Virus record (IMG/VR): IMGVR_UViG_3300006735_000013
Location: 95,579 to 159,578 of that record
Source: a virus
Reading direction: 5' to 3' (one strand)
DNA: 64,000 bases
Part shown: positions 1 through 8,214 of the stretch, in pieces
Position numbering within the stretch: the first letter of the stretch is position 1
Layout: each line of letters opens with the position of its first letter
Notes under the pieces: model-generated
The model's database searches: none
What the model was told of the DNA's origin: nothing
What the model saw: the letters and a program-made list of their open reading frames with translations, nothing else
Position numbers and translations under genes: made by a program

Positions 1-17
1 CAAAGTGAAGTTTCCCG

Positions 18-515
18 TTAATTATCTCTGACATTGAATAAGCCCTCCCTTGCTCTCACACATGAAGCAGCAATCTCAAAACTTGACTCAACTTGACCAA
101 ATAACCACTTTGGCTCTTGCAAAGACAGTATTTCGTACATGTTTTCACCGTACTGAACAAAATCTCCTTCTCTTACAAACAAATCTTGATCCTCTGTTAG
201 CCTTCTCTTATGGAAAGCAACTGAGATCTTCTCTACTCTGTCAACACCAAGTGGCGTTGTTGTTGTGTTTTGTGATTCCCACTTCACCATTGCGTATACG
301 CGGATTGGATCAAGGAAGCTTTTATCTAATGCTTCACCATATAAGCTATGAAAATTGGTGTGTTCAAGACTTATAGGGTAATATATGATGGTTTGACCAA
401 TGACTCGCTCAATAACCTCATCATTTATCTGCTTTACAAAGTCCTTTTCCTTTTTTCCCGTAAATAGCGGTGGAGGTGGGCTATCCGGCTGTGACCATTT
501 ATTATCATCAGACAT
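18..515 (-). CDS. Neck/head-closure protein, T4 gp14-like
   Basis: Follows the gp13-like gene; has 'IIYYPI..E.TN.H.LYGEA' and 'REGDFV' motifs typical of gp14-like proteins. Confidence 0.65.
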   Translation of the reverse strand: MSDDNKWSQPDSPPPPLFTGKKEKDFVKQINDEVIERVIGQTIIYYPISLEHTNFHSLYGEALDKSFLDPIRVYAMVKWESQNTTTTPLGVDRVEKISVAFHKRRLTEDQDLFVREGDFVQYGENMYEILSLQEPKWLFGQVESSFEIAASCVRAREGLFNVRDN

Positions 516-520
516 TTATG

Positions 521-1780
521 TTACCCCACGTATATATGATACGGAATCTTTTGCATTGTTTTCTCTGCGTTCTCTAGTTTCTGAGCATCCTGCTCTGCTA
601 ACTTAACATATGTTAGCTCTGCAAGTGTTTCTTTTAGTTCTGTTCTCAGTTTTTCCTGCTCGTCTTTGCCCTCAGACAATAGCGCAGGACCGTTGAGAGT
701 TACGCTCTCGCCCGGTATTGGTACGGTTCCGAACTTAGACCTTACTTGACCCAAAGTCTCCTTACAGAGAGCCAATGCGAACCTTCTAATCCACTGCTTG
801 CCTATTGCGTTGATGCTAGTAAATGGTATGTTACCAATTGGCAGTGTGTTCATGTTGTTGACACCATCTCTCTTTGGATCTGTTCCAGACCAAGAGTCTT
901 CTGGTATCGAAAACTCTATCGACATTTGGCTTGGGCCGCCAGTATAGGGTATCGGGAAAATTCTTAGTTTATTTCCTTTTATCTCATAAGAATAATGTGA
1001 CATCCTTGTGTATATTGCATCTTCAAACGCCATAGCTTGTGCTTTGTTGTGCCAAGCAGGTACTAGCTGGAATGTAGAATCATCTGAAAACTGCCCATAA
1101 TTATGCAGGTTTCCAACAACGTTGAGTCCACCATAGTAACCAAAGAATCTCCACATTGCATGCGGCGTTTTATAGTATACCTTTTTGATTAATATCTTCT
1201 TGTTGCCAATAGATGCAGAGAATGCTGCATTCGTCGATAAGATGCTTTGCAAGTCATAGTCTTGGACACCTTCGGTGACGTTGAAGCTGGCAGAATATTG
1301 AACCGAATCTTTCAGGCCAACTTCTGCGCCAACACCTTCGGAAACTTGTCTTCCGATCCCATAATCAAATTTAGGATACTTTAGAGCAACATGAGTTCCC
1401 TCAAGCGATGAGCTAAGTGGGCTAGTTTGAATATTTCCTTTAGAATCAAAGCTTCCTGTTGTGTTTCCAAGTGTATTCGATAAGATATTGGTAGCTTGAT
1501 GAACGTTGACTAAGTAACAATATTCCAACACTGCTTCTTCATAGGCTGCATAAACATTTCCCTCTGTTAGCTCTATGTCTAGGACATCACCTCCAAGTTT
1601 CTTGTAGACATATGACACCTGGTCGACAGCGCCATTCAAAAACTCTGATGAATACAGGGCTACTGATGTATCGGAGTAGATCTTGTATGGTAAGGCTGCA
1701 TTAACATTTCCGGCCGTCCCAGTGATAGGCAAGATAACCGCTGATAACGTACTGGCCGGTGTAAGGGTAGGTAAAGACAT
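521..1780 (-). CDS. Neck/head-tail adaptor, T4 gp13-like
   Basis: 'KKLGGDVLDIELT' near N-terminus; C-terminal 'QWIRRFALALCKETLGQVRSKF..VPIPG..VTLNG..L..EG..E..KL' is the gp13 signature. Confidence 0.8.
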   Translation of the reverse strand: MSLPTLTPASTLSAVILPITGTAGNVNAALPYKIYSDTSVALYSSEFLNGAVDQVSYVYKKLGGDVLDIELTEGNVYAAYEEAVLEYCYLVNVHQATNILSNTLGNTTGSFDSKGNIQTSPLSSSLEGTHVALKYPKFDYGIGRQVSEGVGAEVGLKDSVQYSASFNVTEGVQDYDLQSILSTNAAFSASIGNKKILIKKVYYKTPHAMWRFFGYYGGLNVVGNLHNYGQFSDDSTFQLVPAWHNKAQAMAFEDAIYTRMSHYSYEIKGNKLRIFPIPYTGGPSQMSIEFSIPEDSWSGTDPKRDGVNNMNTLPIGNIPFTSINAIGKQWIRRFALALCKETLGQVRSKFGTVPIPGESVTLNGPALLSEGKDEQEKLRTELKETLAELTYVKLAEQDAQKLENAEKTMQKIPYHIYVG

Positions 1781-1832
1781 TTAGTGTCCCTCGCTAAATA
1801 GAGTTATTCAATATAACTAGTATTTGAGGGAA

Positions 1833-2198
1833 CTAATCGGCGGAAGTCGTTTTTTTAGTTGCTCGCTTTCTGCGAGTTGTCGTCTTCTTTGTTGTGGCCT
1901 TTTTCGATGTTGTCTTTTTAGTAGTTCTAGTTTTAGTTGTTTTTGGTGTTTCAACTGTTGGCTCTTCAATCTGAATTGTTTGAAGTTGTGGTTCTGGTGC
2001 TGGCACTACAACCTCTTCGGCAGCTTCTGGTTCCGGTTCTTTGTTTGTGATAACTTCAACTGTTTCGTCTTCGGTTATCTCTTCCCCGGTATTCATATCG
2101 ATCTCGATGACGCCGCGTTTTCTTGCTAATGCTTCACGCTTGGTTGCGTATTTGCTAGCATATTTAGACATTGTCATTCTTTTCTTTCTTTTTCCCAT
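1833..2198 (-). CDS. Hypothetical protein with acidic middle and Lys/Thr-rich (histone H1-like) tail
   Basis: ORF with an AAGGA SD-like sequence; tail KTPKTTKTRTTKKTTSKKATTKKTTTRRKR. Confidence 0.7.
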   Translation of the reverse strand: MGKRKKRMTMSKYASKYATKREALARKRGVIEIDMNTGEEITEDETVEVITNKEPEPEAAEEVVVPAPEPQLQTIQIEEPTVETPKTTKTRTTKKTTSKKATTKKTTTRRKRATKKTTSAD

Positions 2199-2212
2199 TG
2201 TTTTTCCTTTTC

Positions 2213-2242
2213 AAAATAAAAAGCCCCCCTTTGCAGGGGGGC
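2213..2242 (-). terminator. Rho-independent terminator
   Basis: Minus strand GCCCCCCT-GCAA-AGGGGGGC (8-bp stem, GNRA loop) followed by TTTTTATTTT, 10 nt after the stop at 2252. Confidence 0.9.
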
Positions 2243-2251
2243 ATGAAGATT

Positions 2252-2368
2252 TTACTCTTCTTTGGCTTCTTTAGCCTTTGGTTTTTCAGCCTTTGGTTTT
2301 TCAGCCTTCTTGGGGGCTGCCTTTTTAGGGGCAGCTTTTGCTTTTGCTCTTCTTGCTCTAGATGACAT
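2252..2368 (-). CDS. 38-aa Lys/Ala/Pro-rich basic peptide (not in ORF track)
   Basis: MSSRARRAKAKAAPKKAAPKKAEKPKAEKPKAKEAKEE; AGGAG SD upstream; terminator downstream; internal AAPKK and KAEKP repeats. Confidence 0.8.
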   Translation of the reverse strand: MSSRARRAKAKAAPKKAAPKKAEKPKAEKPKAKEAKEE

Positions 2369-2381
2369 GGTTCATTTCTCC

Positions 2382-2972
2382 TTACAGATCTGCAGGAACC
2401 GCAGCTCCATATATGGTAATAAGTAATTTTCCAGCTGTTAAAGTAGCAGCGGTATCATTTTCACCCTGACAAACATAAAGAAATTTATCAGCTACTGCAT
2501 TGTTATCATACAAAACTGATGTGTCTACACCTACGGTGTTTGCGATGCCTGTGATGGCTGCAGTTTGAGTGTCGGCTTGAGTTCCGCCAGCGGCGGTAGG
2601 CTTGCCTACACCATCAACACCAAACTCAAGGTCAATTGTGGTTGTGCCGCCGACGAGAGCTTCTAAAACTTGAACTCTCAGTTCATTGACCACTCCAACT
2701 TTTGCTACTGTTAATTGCCCTATACTAGAGACTGTATCAATAACTCCCATCGCAGCCGTATCACCGTTGCCGCCGCCGTTACCTGATGTGCTAATTGCCG
2801 CCTTAGATGTGCCAAGGTCTAATGCAATTTCTGTGATTATCTGATGACCTTCTCTTTTTTGTGTTGTTGACACAATAGCGTCCTTAATTCCTGCGCCGGC
2901 ACCCAGATCAACCGATTGTCCTTTCTTGTCCAAAGAGAACAGTCTCTTTCTACCTAATCTTCTGCTACCCAT
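2382..2972 (-). CDS. Putative virion (capsid decoration-like) protein with Arg-rich N-terminus
   Basis: Strong AGGAGG SD; first gene after the major capsid; small-residue/beta-rich body ending 'LTAGKLLITIYG'. Function is inferred from position and composition. Confidence 0.5.
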   Translation of the reverse strand: MGSRRLGRKRLFSLDKKGQSVDLGAGAGIKDAIVSTTQKREGHQIITEIALDLGTSKAAISTSGNGGGNGDTAAMGVIDTVSSIGQLTVAKVGVVNELRVQVLEALVGGTTTIDLEFGVDGVGKPTAAGGTQADTQTAAITGIANTVGVDTSVLYDNNAVADKFLYVCQGENDTAATLTAGKLLITIYGAAVPADL

Positions 2973-2978
2973 AATTAT

Positions 2979-3085
2979 TTCCTCCTTATTATGTGGTTAA
3001 CGTTAACGCTTATCATCCACGAAACATAGCCAGCCACCTCGGCTATATCTCTTCAAGGGCCAGTGGCGTTACGACCCAGGAGGAA
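2979..3085 (-). ncRNA. Candidate structured cis-regulatory 5' leader RNA (kissing hairpins plus anti-SD helix)
   Basis: Hairpins GGGUC/GGCCC and GAGAUAUAGCC/GGCUAUGUUUC with complementary loops GCCACU/GGUGGC; 5' UUCCUCCU complementary to the AGGAGGAA SD. Confidence 0.6.
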
Positions 3086-3112
3086 TCAAAGTCACTAATA
3101 AATAGCTTTCAG

Positions 3113-3148
3113 AAAAAAGAAAAGCCCCACCAAGTTAATGATGGGGCT
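3113..3148 (-). terminator. Rho-independent terminator after the major capsid gene
   Basis: Minus strand AGCCCCATC-ATTAACTT-GGTGGGGCT followed by TTTCTTTTTT. Confidence 0.85.
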
Positions 3149-3176
3149 GAATCTTTTTGTTATCGGACTTTAGCTA

Positions 3177-4988
3177 CTAGCTAGAGCCTTCCTCACCTAA
3201 GAGGCCGCGGACGACAACAAGACCGTACATATCAGGTCGTACCATCTTCTTAGCGTAACGGGTCATGACACCCTTACGTGGCACGAAGTCTTCCGTACCA
3301 AAGATGGTTGGTGTTACCTGCAATGGTACGTAAGGAGCGTAGACAAATCCGCTTTCGAGGAATGAACTACCCTTACGGCCAACGAGGAGTACGTTACGCA
3401 AGAAATATGGATCAACGTAAACGTCGAACTTCTTGCTCAAGCTACCAGCCTTGACAGCACCGATGGTGCCGCGGTCCGTATCAGCAGTTACGCTTGCGCG
3501 GAAACCGCTTGTGAACTCAAGGATGTTGGCAACTTCTGGTGAACAAACAACAAAGTTTGCACCACCGCGAAGTGTCTTTCTGTGGATCTGAGCGCTAACG
3601 TCATTGATAGTCTCGATGAGTGTCTCATACCACTCACTGACTGTACCAGTGAAATCAGGAGCTGCGGCTGAAGCGCCAAGCTCATTACCGTTGCTGTCAA
3701 CAAAAAGACCAGGAGCACGACTCCAGTAACGAGTACCAGCGGTTGCACCGTCGATCAATTCGTGAAGAAGTTCACGGTCAATTTCAAGAGCGATCTGCTC
3801 AGAAAGAATACCAGTCAACTCAACCTCAGCGTCAAGGTTGTGATAAGCATTGAGGTCTTGACCCAATTCTGGGGACCACTTTGCCTTCAACTTCTTGGTC
3901 TGAGCTGTAACAGCGATACTGTCAACCTTGATGTCGATCTCAGCGATAGTGTTCTTAGCTACACCAGAACCTTGATTTCCGGTACCTGTATCCGGCTCTT
4001 CAAGGGCCCATGCGTCTCCACCAACAACAGAACCAAGTCCGTTCCCAGCTTGTAATTGATCCTTAAGTGGCACAGTCATGACTGAAGCCTGTGCTGCGAT
4101 CGTCGCGGCGCCGGCGTCATGAATAACAACAACAAGGTGATTTACACCACTAACGGTTTCAACTCTTGTAAGTCTCCTGACAAGTGAGCCATTATCAGTT
4201 GGCAAGGTGCTGAAGTCGATTGCTGCCAATCGACCCAAATCAACTTGAGTATTTGCGCCGCCGGCTGGACCGCCAAAGGCCACGTCCGAGGTCGCTGGGC
4301 CGCCAATTGAACCAGTTGACATAATAACAGAAACTGTACCGCCTGCTGCGAGAATATCCGGGTCGAATCTGATCGCCTTCTTCTGTGCCTGAGTCAATGA
4401 TGAAACTGTTGCACTAGTAACTGCTTCTCCACCTAGTCGGTTGAGCACAGTACCGGAAAGGGCGACGAAGCCGCCGGCCGCGCCAATTGTAGTCGAACCA
4501 GTTGCAGATGTCTGAGAGATACCTGCTTCATAGTGTCCACCAGGGCCTGAAGCGTCTGGTGAGCCGGCAAGATCAACACCGCCAGTCAACTGGCGAGCGA
4601 CAACGTTGCCACCATATATTGAAGCGCCTTTTGCTGCCCCTCCGCGGGCTGATTCGTGTGTAAAGTCAAGGAAGAAGATGAGGCCAGATGGCAAGCTCAT
4701 CGGCTGAACCGAGACAAGATCGTTTGCAATCAATCCACCGAATACACGGCGAACGATTGGGAATGCAACTGCTGCGAAGCCTTCGACATCGCCAGCAGCC
4801 ATAGAAGAAGCCTCACGCAGAAGCTCCTTGGCCTGGTTTTCAAGTAGGACGGCCATCCCCTGCTTTTGTTGTCCTTCGTTGAGTCCGTCGAGAAGACCTG
4901 TCTGCTGCCACTTGTTAAGTAGAGCTTCGCCTTCCTTCTGAACATTACGCTGAACAACACCTTCAGTTAGTCTTTGTAATACAGACAT
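3177..4988 (-). CDS. gp23: Major capsid protein, T4 gp23 family
   Basis: 'LLNKW', 'MAVLLENQ', 'VSVQPMSLPSGLIFFL', 'TKKLKAKWSPELGQDLNAYHNLDAEVEL..ILSEQIALEIDRE', 'SGFVYAPYVPL', 'F.PRKGVMTRYA'. Confidence 0.97.
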   Translation of the reverse strand: MSVLQRLTEGVVQRNVQKEGEALLNKWQQTGLLDGLNEGQQKQGMAVLLENQAKELLREASSMAAGDVEGFAAVAFPIVRRVFGGLIANDLVSVQPMSLPSGLIFFLDFTHESARGGAAKGASIYGGNVVARQLTGGVDLAGSPDASGPGGHYEAGISQTSATGSTTIGAAGGFVALSGTVLNRLGGEAVTSATVSSLTQAQKKAIRFDPDILAAGGTVSVIMSTGSIGGPATSDVAFGGPAGGANTQVDLGRLAAIDFSTLPTDNGSLVRRLTRVETVSGVNHLVVVIHDAGAATIAAQASVMTVPLKDQLQAGNGLGSVVGGDAWALEEPDTGTGNQGSGVAKNTIAEIDIKVDSIAVTAQTKKLKAKWSPELGQDLNAYHNLDAEVELTGILSEQIALEIDRELLHELIDGATAGTRYWSRAPGLFVDSNGNELGASAAAPDFTGTVSEWYETLIETINDVSAQIHRKTLRGGANFVVCSPEVANILEFTSGFRASVTADTDRGTIGAVKAGSLSKKFDVYVDPYFLRNVLLVGRKGSSFLESGFVYAPYVPLQVTPTIFGTEDFVPRKGVMTRYAKKMVRPDMYGLVVVRGLLGEEGSS

Positions 4989-5012
4989 TGTATTATTCCT
5001 CCAAAAATGTTT

Positions 5013-6326
5013 TTATTTCTTTATTCCTGCTAATTTTTGCATTCTACTATACAAAGGATTAGCGGCCTTCTGTTTTTGCTCATTACGAGCGCCTACAAGT
5101 AGTGTTGAACGTCTCGAAACTGCTTCGCTAAGAGTTCCCGACTTCTTCTCTGCAGGTGAAGATGTCACTGTCTCTTGGAGCGTCTCAAAGACTATCCTTG
5201 CTTCTTGTACAGTCGTGGCTTTTGAAATAGACTCGACAATTTTCTCTTTTTGTCGCTCATTCAGGGAGGTATTCTCTAAAGCACGGTTAATATACAGCAG
5301 CTTTGCGTTAGAAACATTTGTGGTTTCCAACTTTTCTTGCAAAGTTTCAAATGCTGTAATATATTTATCGTTCTGCGCCTCTAATTTAGTGGCAGCAGAA
5401 GCTAAAGTCTTGTTTTCTTTCTGTAAAGCTGCTACTGTTTTACGCAGCTCTTCGTTTTCTTCTTTTACTTCGCTATCTTGTTCACGCGCAAGGAGCATTT
5501 GCTCATACTCGCGCATAATAGATTCTGGTGTTCCGGCCCATCCGGACTTTTGTGGCTCAAAGTCGACTCTTACAGCCTCATCTATGGCCCAGTCCTCGTC
5601 TAACTCCATCTCTTCAAACATCTCATCCTCTTCGAGGTAGTTTTCACCAATACCAGTATACTCATCCTCTTCTGCTACTTCCATCTCTTCAAGCGCATCG
5701 TCTTCGTCTTCATAGAGAAAGTCGCGAATCGCTTCTGCAAGCTGGTCTTGTGTAATATCGACGTCTACATCTGCGTCAAAATCAGGAGTATCTTGTATAT
5801 CTATGCCAATATCGTCGTCAAAATCGAAGTCGTCTTCAAAATCATCTTCGAAATCATCTTCGAAATCATCCTCAAAATCGTCTTCATCAGTTATATCAAT
5901 ACCTATTTCATCATCAGAAAATTCATCATCGCCGGCAAATACCCCGCCTTGTTCACTTGGAAGCTCCTGTCTTATGCTGTCAAGCTTAATATCCACAATC
6001 TCGTCGTCTGGATCATCTAAGTCAGGGTCGAAGCCGTCTGGTATAGACCCTATCAAACTATCTGCAAACTCTTGTGTTGCGTCTCCCTCTTCAGCAGTTG
6101 GGTCGCCAGCCATGGGATCTGCACCCATACCAGGATCCATTGCCATCGGGTCTTCTTCCATACCCATTCCTAGATCAGCAAAGGGATCCTCTTGCTCTAA
6201 GAGCTTGCCGACCGCTTCCTTTACTTCGTTTGAGTACTTCTCTATCACGAGGTTTTCCGCGTTCTTTAGGGCAGCTTCCTTGAGAGCCTTAGCATCGATA
6301 ATTGCTTTCTCTAGTAGACTTGACAT
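5013..6326 (-). CDS. Prohead scaffold/core protein (gp22-like position)
   Basis: Immediately upstream of the capsid gene; highly acidic, coiled-coil C-half; ends 'RMQKLAGIKK'. Confidence 0.75.
   Translation of the reverse strand: MSSLLEKAIIDAKALKEAALKNAENLVIEKYSNEVKEAVGKLLEQEDPFADLGMGMEEDPMAMDPGMGADPMAGDPTAEEGDATQEFADSLIGSIPDGFDPDLDDPDDEIVDIKLDSIRQELPSEQGGVFAGDDEFSDDEIGIDITDEDDFEDDFEDDFEDDFEDDFDFDDDIGIDIQDTPDFDADVDVDITQDQLAEAIRDFLYEDEDDALEEMEVAEEDEYTGIGENYLEEDEMFEEMELDEDWAIDEAVRVDFEPQKSGWAGTPESIMREYEQMLLAREQDSEVKEENEELRKTVAALQKENKTLASAATKLEAQNDKYITAFETLQEKLETTNVSNAKLLYINRALENTSLNERQKEKIVESISKATTVQEARIVFETLQETVTSSPAEKKSGTLSEAVSRRSTLLVGARNEQKQKAANPLYSRMQKLAGIKK
5828..5888. repeat. Imperfect 12-bp coding tandem repeat (EDDF)n
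   Basis: About 4-5 copies of a TCTTCRAAATCA-like unit on the plus strand, encoding EDDFEDDFEDDFEDDF. Confidence 0.8.
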
Positions 6327-6382
6327 TCTTTTAAACTCCTAAAATAATTTGTTCTCTTGCAAATAAGAAAACTTTCTCTAGA

Positions 6383-6390
6383 TAAATAGT
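6383..6390 (-). promoter_or_regulatory. ACTATTTA putative late-promoter motif upstream of scaffold/capsid
   Basis: Same octamer at 8328, 9969, 14041, 18920, 24395 and 46180, with variants near 1795, 3099 and 60078, each upstream of a minus-strand start. Confidence 0.6.
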
Positions 6391-6430
6391 ATTTTATTTT
6401 GGTAAAGGGATGGAAAAAATTTTGAGGTGG

Positions 6431-6811
6431 TTAGAAGGTGGAAAGTAGGAGCCAAACCTTTTCGGTATCATCTGCGTTGGTACCATTATGAGTAACCCTA
6501 ACTTTGTCTGCTCCGGCCACTTCGAAAATTCTTGTATGACCATCTGCAACTACAATTGTTGACTCGTCTGATACCTCAACAAGCTCTGACCATATGCCGG
6601 CGCCGTGATAATATACTTCGACCTTGGTTACCGAGGCAGCGGTACCGCAAACAATATGCAAGAACCTTTGGTTTTCTGTAAAATATGCAGTTGTACTTAT
6701 AGCGTGTGCAGTGCTGCTTGCACCGTTAACATTCTTTGGTCTTCTGGTTCTACCCCAGCTGCTATGTCTGTGAAATTCTGATGCTGGTGGTGTGTTGCTA
6801 AATCCTGCCAT
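6431..6811 (-). CDS. Hypothetical protein
   Basis: 126-aa ORF with GGAG SD, inside the head operon. Confidence 0.75.
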   Translation of the reverse strand: MAGFSNTPPASEFHRHSSWGRTRRPKNVNGASSTAHAISTTAYFTENQRFLHIVCGTAASVTKVEVYYHGAGIWSELVEVSDESTIVVADGHTRIFEVAGADKVRVTHNGTNADDTEKVWLLLSTF

Positions 6812-6823
6812 TATAATGCTCCG

Positions 6824-7063
6824 TCACTTATATTCGTTTTCTAAACGCTTTTTTTCTTTTGCGTTTGCTATTTTAATTAGTCTCATCTTTTCTAATTTCT
6901 TTTTTCTTCTCTTCACTGAACGCTTGGTGTAGTGTCTGCGTTCGCGAACCTCTTCCAGAATGCCACATTTCTTTACTTTTCTAGTAAACTTTTTTATCAT
7001 TCTTTCGACCTGGCTTTGGTCTGTAATTTTTATTTCTGCATGAACTGGTGTTCTACGTCCCAT
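6824..7063 (-). CDS. rpsU: Phage-encoded ribosomal protein bS21
   Basis: 79 aa, very basic; 'ERMIKKFTRKVKKCGILEEVRERRHYTKRSVKRRKKK' matches the S21 pattern (E..L..FKR.....G.L.E.R.R..Y.KPS..R..K). Confidence 0.85.
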   Translation of the reverse strand: MGRRTPVHAEIKITDQSQVERMIKKFTRKVKKCGILEEVRERRHYTKRSVKRRKKKLEKMRLIKIANAKEKKRLENEYK

Positions 7064-7073
7064 TTTACTTCCT

Positions 7074-7496
7074 TTATTTTAGTTGATCCCATCTCTGTCC
7101 TGCTAAACTAAACAAACCGCTGATATCCACCCCTGCGTCGCTAGGAGCTCTACCAGCAAGTGGCCCTTGGGGCGAGGCGGCGCTACCTGGTTTCCCGGCT
7201 GAAGTCAGAGGCTCAGTGCCTTCAAAAATCTTTGCCATTTTATCATTACCAATTGCATCGAGCATCTTTCTTTTGGTTTCAAGCATGCGCTTCCGTTGCT
7301 CTTCTTGCTTTTCTTCTTTTATTTGTTGTTGTATTTCTGGTCTTGGCTGGTGAGGTGTTGCAGTTTCAACCATCAAATTTTGAGCCTTAGTTATTCCAAA
7401 GGCGACTTCTGCTATAATTTCGGACAAGACACCTTCTTCAAATAATGTTTCTTTGACGCACTCTTTTATTAGGGCTTTTAGTTCTGATTTCTTCAT
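7074..7496 (-). CDS. Hypothetical protein, probable internal head protein
   Basis: N-terminal MKKSELKALIKECVKE motif; directly downstream of the protease. Confidence 0.7.
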   Translation of the reverse strand: MKKSELKALIKECVKETLFEEGVLSEIIAEVAFGITKAQNLMVETATPHQPRPEIQQQIKEEKQEEQRKRMLETKRKMLDAIGNDKMAKIFEGTEPLTSAGKPGSAASPQGPLAGRAPSDAGVDISGLFSLAGQRWDQLK

Positions 7497-8102
7497 TTAT
7501 TCCTCAAACTTATATAGGATATTGTTCAAAGAGCGATTGATCTTGTCACCCCGAGTAAATATATTTGGCCTCTCTCTTGCTTCTTTCAATTTCATGAAGG
7601 CGCCTGGAGTGGAAGGGTCAGAAACCATATCAAAACATATAAGCTGAAAATCGTCTTGGACTTCCGATATTCCGTCCTTCTCTTTCAAGGAGCCTAGGCC
7701 GCGTGAAGAAATGCCAAGCTGTACTCCAGAGTCGACAAGCGACCTAAGTATAAGTCCAGAGGGCGTGTTTAGTACTTTAATTTTTCCATAACATTTTGGG
7801 CCATCCATCCAGATTGCTGTAACAAGGTGAGATGCGTTAACAAGATTTATAATTGAAGATTCTGGGTGGTCTAGTTCTCCCAGGGCCCTGTTTTCTGCCA
7901 CCAGCTTGTTATAGGTTCTTATCTCTCTTTCCAGTATTCTTCTTGGATAAGAGCGCCCATTTCCATTCTTTACCTCTGCTTCCTGCATTAGTCCAGAGAG
8001 AATGCAGCCACCTTCCGCAACAAACTTCTTTTCAGCCTCTGTTAGAAGGTCTTGGCAGATTCCTCCATCGCAGAGTTCATAATACTCTCTTATAAGCTTC
8101 AT
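7497..8102 (-). CDS. gp21: Prohead core protease, T4 gp21 family
   Basis: 'KNGNGRSYP', 'RALGELDHP', 'LNTPSG', 'LGISSRGLGS', 'FDMVSDPSTPGAF'. Confidence 0.95.
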   Translation of the reverse strand: MKLIREYYELCDGGICQDLLTEAEKKFVAEGGCILSGLMQEAEVKNGNGRSYPRRILEREIRTYNKLVAENRALGELDHPESSIINLVNASHLVTAIWMDGPKCYGKIKVLNTPSGLILRSLVDSGVQLGISSRGLGSLKEKDGISEVQDDFQLICFDMVSDPSTPGAFMKLKEARERPNIFTRGDKINRSLNNILYKFEE

Positions 8103-8139
8103 ATTTACCTCTACTATAAGCGGGGGTCACCCGCGTCAG

Positions 8140-8205
8140 CTAAGCTCCCTTACAGCAATTTGCAACAGGGCGTAAGAACCATCTAATATTGTTTATGTTA
8201 TTCAT
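8140..8205 (-). CDS. 21-aa Cys-Cys peptide (not in ORF track)
   Basis: MNNINNIRWFLRPVANCCKGA*; GAGGAG SD 5 nt before ATG; in frame with the upstream gene's TGA. Confidence 0.55.
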   Translation of the reverse strand: MNNINNIRWFLRPVANCCKGA

Positions 8206-8214
8206 TGTAACTCC

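Noticed and set aside
2979-3085. tRNA
   Set aside because: No T-loop GTTCRA, D-loop, anticodon arm or CCA end
5828-5888. CRISPR-like array
   Set aside because: 12-bp in-frame coding repeat with no spacers
6351-6372. Weak hairpin in the scaffold leader
   Set aside because: AU-rich stem of about 7 bp, expected by chance
8100-8142. Amber readthrough fusing the CC peptide to the prohead protease
   Set aside because: The protease ATG is out of frame with the peptide
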